This document shows, piece by piece, positions 60,401-64,000 of a stretch of DNA of 64,000 nt. A program made the position numbers and the translations under genes. Under the pieces are notes generated by a model. That model ran no database searches. It was given only the letters and a program-made list of their open reading frames with translations, and was not told the DNA's origin. The DNA lies in NCBI GenBank assembly GCA_903813345.2, contig CAIIXF020000001.1, forward strand, positions 47,368,001 to 47,432,000. Reading direction: 5' to 3'. Position 1 is the stretch's first letter; each line of letters opens with the position of its first letter. The stretch comes from Owenia fusiformis (lineage: Eukaryota).

Positions 60401-62259
60401 CCTGTATTTTCACTATTAACACGTTTGATGGACCGTGAGTTCGATTATAGCGTGAGTTTGTGCCTGATTCTCCCATTTTATCAATATATAAAACGGCCCA
60501 GATCTACACAAATGGCAATCAGGCCTCGGTATCTGGTGAACGGCGAATTCGATCACTAACGGAACAATTTTCATTGAAATTCACATATTCGTTCACGAGT
60601 AGGCTGCACTTGTTATTGGGCTTTGATTAAACTCTAAATATTGCTTTTGCCTGCAGTTTTCTTCTTCTCTTCCTCTTCTTCTTCTAAATTTTCTAACTAT
60701 AACAACTCACTTAAAGTCTCACTATGCGTACTTTCAACATTTTCTGGCAAAAAGACTTACTTTTGAACTTCATAGCACTTTATCTTTCATTAGACATCAA
60801 AAACAGCAGCTCAAAACAGGCCACATCAAAGGCTTACAATAAATATTTTTGATATGTCAAGTTTTTAAATATCTAGTTTTTGCCAATGTCAATGAAAGAT
60901 GGCGAAGTTGTTTGTTGTACATGATTCAATCATTTTCAAACTCTGCGGCGGGCAGATGAAGAAATCACCAAAATTTGGAAAAAATAGTCCCCTTTTCATC
61001 ACAGATGTAGTTAATTTTCACACAACTTATAAAATATATATTATTTTATGTTCCCCAATCATTATTTTGTCGAAATGTTTCGAAAATCATGAAATATAAT
61101 GCAAATTAAGCTTTGTATATGTTTAATTTAGTGTGTAAATAACATATTTCAATGAGGTACGAGGTATAGACTGACTGCAAATAAAATTGAAATCCAACTT
61201 CCTGTTTAGATTCTATGACATTTTGAATTGTCGAAAAAACAATGATGATATCCAAATGTTAAGACAATTAAAAGTCGAAGAAAGCCTGTAAAAGAATTGT
61301 CTAATGTCTGACTCAGCTTATCCTGGATGATTCGGCTTAAAAAAGTTTGAAATCTGGAGTCTAAATTGAACTTGTTCAGTTTCACCAGTCTAGTAATACG
61401 AGAAATACGAAAATACGAAAATCATGAAATATAATAACAATCCGCTATCGTACTTAGTTGCGCAATCATGCTGTTGTTTGTTCATTGCCCAACATTACAA
61501 TTTATCAATTGCAAATGTTAACTTAATCGTTTCTTTTTGATACAATTACGACAAGCTCATCGATAACAATGTGTACAAGATATAACCTTACGTGTGCTCT
61601 TTGGATATAAAACACACTATCTTACTAAAGGTAATTAACCTTTAACGGTTTGTTACCGGTTTGTTTGTTTCACACAAACGTGTATCAGTATCATATGTTT
61701 TAGAAAAGATACATGCGAAAAAATAGCTCAGAAGACAACATATAATCGTCGATTTAATTCCTCACTTATGTTACAGAAACGATATGGGTTAAAAGTGCAG
61801 ATCTTAACTGTTTTTCGAAATACCGTTTCTGTAACTTAAGAATTAAATCGACGATTCTGTTGTCTTCTGAACTATTTGTTTGTAAATATGTACATTTTCT
61901 TAAACATATGATACTGATACACGTTTGTGATAAAAATGTCGTGGGAATTCTGCCTATACTTGTGAAATAAGGACAAAAGAAAAATCGTACCTTCGACGTT
62001 CCGACATTTTGTTACCGAAACGAACCGTTTCGGTAACCAGCGTACTCAATGAAAACTAAGAATTATAGAATAAGAATATCCTATAATACTTTTCTGGATC
62101 CTGATAATCTCCCAATCTGACACAAGATGACAAAGTGTGGTACATCATGTAAATCGAATCCGCTGTCAGATGTATTATTTCTACTTCAATTAACTTACCT
62201 GAACATTCCTTCAAAAGAAAAAATAAGTTCACTGCCAATACTATATGTCCCATTACCAT
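21361..62259 (-). CDS. Secreted subtilisin-like serine protease (peptidase S8A, proteinase K/aqualysin-like, with I9 propeptide); 17 coding exons, 1260 nt, 419 aa
   Basis: Exons 62259-62199, 55611-55525, 55392-55251, 52327-52219, 46957-46900, 45959-45914, 36833-36782, 36528-36456, 33978-33891, 29383-29315, 24613-24541, 24442-24366, 24132-24051, 22738-22681, 22463-22438, 22261-22188, 21445-21361. All GT-AG, phases all match, no stops. Motifs in order: signal peptide, PGQYIVEMK (I9), WGLDRIDQ, VYVLDTGI (Asp), HGTAIAG (His), NLSIG, AAGN (oxyanion Asn), SYGSCVDIVGPG, GSSIA (Ser), GTPNKFL. Confidence 0.92.
21535..21908. mobile_element. Possible ISL2EU-type non-autonomous element in subtilase intron 16
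   Basis: AGGGAGTTTAAGCTTGC start with imperfect inverse GCAAGTTAAAGATCTGT. Confidence 0.35.
22188..22261 (-). CDS. Subtilase exon 16 (SGAMA...NP...)
   Basis: ttttag / GTGAGA. Confidence 0.88.
22438..22463 (-). CDS. Subtilase exon 15, 26-nt micro-exon (GSSIATALA, catalytic Ser)
   Basis: ttccag / GTGAGT; phases 1 and 0 fit neighbours. Confidence 0.88.
22681..22738 (-). CDS. Subtilase exon 14 (GVNVLVPC...YKN)
   Basis: ttccag / GTAAAT. Confidence 0.88.
22796..23888 (+). mobile_element. Tc1/mariner (DDxD-type) long-TIR element, ~450-bp arms, partial transposase
   Basis: TA TSD at both ends; CAGGGTGGTCCAAAAAAA TIR; internal FQQDGAP...PRSPD...CDNHVWGEL...LKDRIIEKWN...NGGHIE with a frameshift and a stop. 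Confidence 0.9.
24051..24132 (-). CDS. Subtilase exon 13 (SSYGSCVDIVGP)
   Basis: ttgtag / GTAAC. Confidence 0.93.
24366..24442 (-). CDS. Subtilase exon 12 (AAGN...ACHNTPA)
   Basis: ttatag / GTGAGT; oxyanion-hole Asn. Confidence 0.93.
24541..24613 (-). CDS. Subtilase exon 11 (LSIG...)
   Basis: ttgcag / GTATA. Confidence 0.9.
25295..29015 (+). mobile_element. 5'-truncated CR1-clade LINE, ORF2 pseudogene (EN + RT), interrupted by an Academ-like MITE
   Basis: RPT.IT..S.SLIDNIFTN, ISDY (EN); KSPGQDQI, RPISLL, QFGFRK, LSKAF, GIPQGTILGPILFLIYINDI, FADDT, FLGV.IDDKLKW, YCILIWG, WNELP; several stops and frameshifts; AATAAAC-type tail ~28991-29012. Confidence 0.93.
26340..27432. mobile_element. Academ-like non-autonomous element (TAG...CTA termini, 3-bp TSD CTA)
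   Basis: TIR TAGTCCATGGTATGA / TCATACCATGGACTA, imperfect to ~140 bp; CTA at 26337-39 and 27433-35; removal restores LINE frame KVKPTFKK. Confidence 0.85.
29315..29383 (-). CDS. Subtilase exon 10 (TLIAGLN...RKSIVN)
   Basis: tttcag / GTAAGT; phases 2 and 2. Confidence 0.9.
29712..30482. mobile_element. Harbinger-like MITE with CGTTC-rich interior
   Basis: CACACCAAACTAGTT at left vs AACTAGTTTGGTGTG at right; a further right-end copy at ~30085-30102. Confidence 0.55.
30879..30969. repeat. Short hairpin (27-bp arms)
   Basis: CTTTACAGTCATGGTCGAAATGCCTTC / GAAGGCATTTCGACCATGATTGTAAAG. Confidence 0.75.
30986..31325. mobile_element. Tc1/mariner MITE (340 bp)
   Basis: TA|CAGGGTGGCCCAAAAACAGAACCCTCTA ... 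TAGAGGGTTCTGTTTTTGGGCCACCTTG|TA. Confidence 0.85.
33891..33978 (-). CDS. Subtilase exon 9 (GLIGGEFGAAPGARIHAIKIF...)
   Basis: ttgtag / GTAGGT. Confidence 0.93.
34050..34320. repeat. Palindromic MITE-like repeat
   Basis: AATCTACTTGTTGAGACT (34120) vs AGTCTCAACAAGTAGATT (34272). Confidence 0.5.
34465..35298 (+). mobile_element. Tc1/mariner internal-deletion derivative, same family as 30986-31325
   Basis: TA|CAGGGTGACCCCAGAAAACAGAA ... TTCTGTTTTTGGGTCATCCTG|TA; ~60 bp at 34555-34615 is the inverse of 31107-31166; weak transposase end remnants (DDLKVAW). Confidence 0.75.
35299..35386. repeat. (ATTGT)n microsatellite
   Basis: Degenerate ATTGT repeats. Confidence 0.75.
36056..36089. mobile_element. 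34-bp perfect-hairpin mini-element with 7-bp TSD (CAT...ATG ends)
   Basis: ATTAAAC|CATGGACGTATATCA-TCGT-TGATATACGTCCATG|ATTAAAC. Confidence 0.75.
36456..36528 (-). CDS. Subtilase exon 8 (HGTAIAG, catalytic His)
   Basis: attcag / GTAAA; within ORF track 36304..36645. Confidence 0.93.
36782..36833 (-). CDS. Subtilase exon 7 (GIFDQHPAF...)
   Basis: Completes DTGI...HP.F; tttttag / GTAAT. Confidence 0.92.
39083..39423. mobile_element. PIF/Harbinger-like palindromic MITE nested in the Academ element (related fragments ~50600-50900 and ~53027-53110)
   Basis: TTA|TGCCTTGGTCACAT ... ATGTGACCAAGACA|TAA; long internal palindrome. Confidence 0.75.
39618..40411. mobile_element. Kolobok-like non-autonomous element nested in the Academ element
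   Basis: Perfect ~43-bp TIR AGGATCTTGTACACCTGCCATTATGATCTCCCCATGAACAAAA; right flank TTAA. Confidence 0.8.
40653..40861. mobile_element. GC-rich 209-bp MITE, 16-bp perfect TIR, 5-bp TSD CACTC
   Basis: CACTC|CAGGCCCGTAGCCAGG ... CCTGGCTACGGGCCTG|CACTC; internal GTGAACCCCCCC repeats. Confidence 0.85.
40862..41510. repeat. Palindromic repeat hosting the 209-bp MITE
   Basis: 40862-40951 is the inverse of ~41419-41508; 41052-41085 is the inverse of 41372-41400. Confidence 0.65.
41838..41920 (+). repeat. tRNA-derived (SINE-head-like) sequence; a second one on - strand ~41668-41731
   Basis: A-box-like TGGCCTAATGG, B-box-like GATCGAGACCC, followed by a T-run; no clean cloverleaf. Confidence 0.4.
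45914..45959 (-). CDS. Subtilase exon 6 (VDVYVLDT, catalytic Asp)
   Basis: ttttag / GTAAGT. Confidence 0.93.
46900..46957 (-). CDS. Subtilase exon 5 (GLDRIDQ...)
   Basis: Canonical WGLDRIDQ across the junction. Confidence 0.93.
47067..48185 (+). mobile_element. Tandem dimer of a ~550-bp hairpin-terminated element (family C)
   Basis: Each unit TATTATGCACC ... GGTGCAYAATA then hairpin arm ACAAATACTGGATGATC.GGAGCT; full hairpin only in second unit (48035-48178). Confidence 0.7.
48372..48656 (-). mobile_element. Hairpin-terminated element, family A (one hairpin arm deleted)
   Basis: Sub-TIR TTTATCCTATRCCAAGT; homologous in inverse to 56283-56478, where the hairpin is intact. Confidence 0.7.
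48656..50243. mobile_element. Three copies of ~560-bp hairpin-terminated element, family B (48656-49206 reverse; 49212-49679 truncated forward; 49679-50243 forward)
   Basis: TTTATCCCATAC ... GTATGGGATAAA sub-TIR plus ~150-bp terminal hairpin; the two forward copies are nearly identical. Confidence 0.8.
50948..51625. mobile_element. Kolobok-like non-autonomous element, ~190-bp imperfect TIR
   Basis: TTAA|AGGTCCATGTGCAGTATGGCAAGTGATTTTAGAC ... GTCTAAAATCACTTGCCATACTGTACGTGGACCT|TTAC. Confidence 0.82.
52219..52327 (-). CDS. Subtilase exon 4 (YIKEIEKN...SQNW)
   Basis: ttccag / GTAGGT; end of propeptide. Confidence 0.87.
53631..53995 (+). mobile_element. Hairpin-terminated element, family D, with internal GTATACAACTC tandem repeats
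   Basis: ATTATCCCACCCTAA ... TTAGGGTGGGATAAT then hairpin ATATAATGGTTGATT...AATCAACCATTATAT. Confidence 0.75.
54480..54993. mobile_element. MITE with 17-bp TIR (unclassified)
   Basis: AGTGGAGAGGTTAAGCT / AGCTTAACCTCTCCACT; no TSD seen. Confidence 0.65.
55251..55392 (-). CDS. Subtilase exon 3 (propeptide)
   Basis: gattag / AG|GTAAGA; open, phases 1 and 2. Confidence 0.8.
55525..55611 (-). CDS. Subtilase exon 2 (...FPGQYIVEMK...)
   Basis: ttttag / GTATT; start of I9 propeptide. Confidence 0.85.
56283..56478 (+). mobile_element. 3' hairpin end of family A element
   Basis: CTACTTGATATAGGATAAA + hairpin + ACATAACCCTTATATA; inverse homolog at 48372-48490. Confidence 0.7.
57901..58793. mobile_element. 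CACGGG-terminated DNA transposon derivative (Chapaev/CMC-like)
   Basis: ~60-bp imperfect TIR CACGGGTTACTAGAGT...GAGTATGACCGGTTCT / AGAACCGGTCATACTC...ACTCTAGTAGCCCGTG; TSD not evident. Confidence 0.65.
59087..59213 (+). repeat. G-rich minisatellite (TTGRGTGTRGGGGAAA-like)
   Basis: About six degenerate ~20-bp units. Confidence 0.7.
59255..60124. mobile_element. Tc1/mariner-type MITE with ~190-bp TIRs
   Basis: TA|CACTCCCC(C)TCCATAAGTTTGGCAACC ... GGTTGCCAAACTTATGGAGGGGAGTG|TA. Confidence 0.87.
61673..61929. repeat. Palindrome with ~110-bp arms
   Basis: CACAAACGTGTATCAGTATCATATGTTT ... AAACATATGATACTGATACACGTTTGTG. Confidence 0.8.
62199..62259 (-). CDS. Subtilase exon 1, signal peptide MVMGHIVLAVNLFFLLKECS
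   Basis: Hydrophobic 20 aa; strong donor CAG|GTAAGT; phase 1 fits next exon. Confidence 0.7.
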
Positions 62260-63865
62260 ACTTGTGTACTGCTGAAAGTTGTAAGTAATGTCCTCACTGT
62301 TTTCTAGAACTTATTTTATAGAGTTTAGGTAATTACCTTGGTTTCAGTTAGTGCAATTAAATCAATCGTGTTTACAATAATTCTTTGAAAAATTATTTCA
62401 ATCGACTCCCATAATGATATTATTGTTCAAAAGCATGAAACAGATTTTAAGATATTGAAATGTCAGGCTTATCTCATGATTGAGGAGTTTGATTTATTTT
62501 CCTGGATAGCATTTACTGAACGAAGGCTATTCAAAAGTCAGTAGAGTTCACTGTTACGGTTAATAACAGAATGTGAGAACAAACAAAAAAGCAAATAAGT
62601 GAATTTTGAAAAATTGTTTACAAATTTCAAAATAAAAATACTATAATATAAAGGCAGTTTGATACTAAAGTGATTGTCCTATCTGTGATGTGGCTTATTG
62701 CATATGTAGTGTTGATAATATTCATAGTAATATCCAAAGCGAGATAAACCAAAAAACGATTCGATGACAAAATGTTCCAATGGCAATATGATGGATGATA
62801 GTATCCAGAACGAAAATTCAGAATGTTCTTGAATGGATGTTGACCCTTTGTTACGCTTTTGGACATCGAGATTGGTTTTGTGTCTCACCCATGCAGCCAT
62901 ATGGACTTAAATTACATTTGTATGATGTGAGACTCGACATTCACCGGGAAACTTGAAATAATTTGTCATCCATGGGGCAAATTAATTTTTACTGCTTAAT
63001 AAATGGGGAATGACAGCAAGATTGAGTTTTATAAGCATGAGAATAGCAAGATGTCTTGATATTTCAAGGAAACGTCGTTTGAAAAGTGATGGCGGTGATT
63101 GAAAAAACGATGTGAAGATAAAACCGCAACGAAATATTTGTAGATTTCTCTGAAGAACTAAAAAATATACATCACATATCGAATTTTCCGGAACATAAAA
63201 AACATGTATGAATTGTCACCCAATCAATATTTGAAATGCAACTGTTATTCGAACTTTGTAATCAAAACATCGTGTCATATCCCATAATACATGAAATAAA
63301 CAAAAGAAGACATTTGTATTTCATAACAAACATGTATTATTTTACACTACGACTGACAGAAAAATATATACACTTTTGAATACTGACATGGAATTACACA
63401 TATCTAGTTCCAATTTCTTAAATATTTATCGTTACATTTTCAGTATGTTAAGAAATTCTCATCATACTGTTTCGTTTATTCATTCTAGAATCGGGTATAT
63501 TATACCACTACTCAATGATACATACCGATAAAGGTTGAAACACCTAACGATGCAAATTAAAGATTAATCTTTTGCAGAATGTTATTGAACCAGTCGTACA
63601 ATCAAGCCAATCTTATGATATGATTATAAGAGATACCATAGTTATTATCATCTTCATATAAATATATACACCATTATACTTTCCTTTAAATAGCAAACAT
63701 GTAAATGTATAGAAAATAGAACATTTACTGACGAATATATTTACAAAAAATGAGACCTGATATGTATCAAACAGGAAAATTGCACTTGAGATTACAAAGT
63801 ATCACAGACTTCATAGTTTGTGTAAGTTCAGGGACATGCAAATATACATGTACGAATAAACGATA

Positions 63866-64000
63866 ACTTTACGTTTTGGGTCATACAAACACAGTACTAA
63901 TAATAAGATTTGGGTCATACAAACATAGTACTATAGTTTTACGTTTTGCGTCATACACACACGGCACTAATAATAAGATTTGGGTCATACAAACATAGTA
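63866..64000. repeat. Minisatellite, alternating ~33/35-bp units (TTTGGGTCATACAAACAYAGTACTA core), runs off the window
   Basis: Four units visible. Confidence 0.85.

Larger units (their letters stand above)
55667..60404. mobile_element. Tc1/mariner long-TIR element (or two same-family ends) enclosing nested insertions in subtilase intron 1
   Basis: TA|CAGGGTGGGCCAAAAA at both ends, ~200 bp inverted homology; - strand transposase C-terminal remnant EALLKCIK...RIETA*AAWGKHF at ~55890-56010. Confidence 0.65.

Noticed and set aside
61991..62007. Possible alternative first exon ATGTCGGAACGTCGAAG|GTACG (- strand, MSERR)
   Set aside because: Phase 2 does not fit subtilase exon 2 (phase 1); no signal peptide and no homology.
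62627..62900. Two - strand ORFs upstream of the subtilase start
   Set aside because: No recognisable domain or splice chain; could be 5' UTR or intergenic.

Overview
AT-rich eukaryotic genomic DNA, probably from an invertebrate animal (GT-AG introns, dense DNA-transposon and LINE debris; no prokaryotic operons or CRISPR). By manual splicing I recover three protein-coding genes. (1) The last five exons of a neutral ceramidase (+, <1-9804), carrying an extra 54-aa C-terminal tail that resembles a GPI-anchor signal. (2) A complete 3-exon SLC10 Na+/bile-acid symporter-family gene (-, 15082-11513, 495 aa) with a signal peptide and ectodomain. (3) A complete secreted proteinase K/aqualysin-type subtilase (S8A plus I9 propeptide), almost invisible to the ORF track: 17 small exons (26-142 nt) over 41 kb on the - strand (62259-21361, 419 aa, intact D/H/S triad). 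Most of the rest is nested transposons filling the introns: Tc1/mariner long-TIR derivatives, Academ-, Kolobok- and PIF/Harbinger-like elements, a Helentron/HINE-like element, CR1-type LINEs, and several families of hairpin-ended elements that stack head-to-tail. Highlights are the hidden subtilase, an 8.9-kb foldback Academ-like element in the intron that splits its catalytic Asp motif, and cross-family head-to-tail junctions. Superfamily calls rest on termini, TSDs and remembered motifs, not database searches. I found no demonstrably new biological system; the best candidates are listed as hypotheses.
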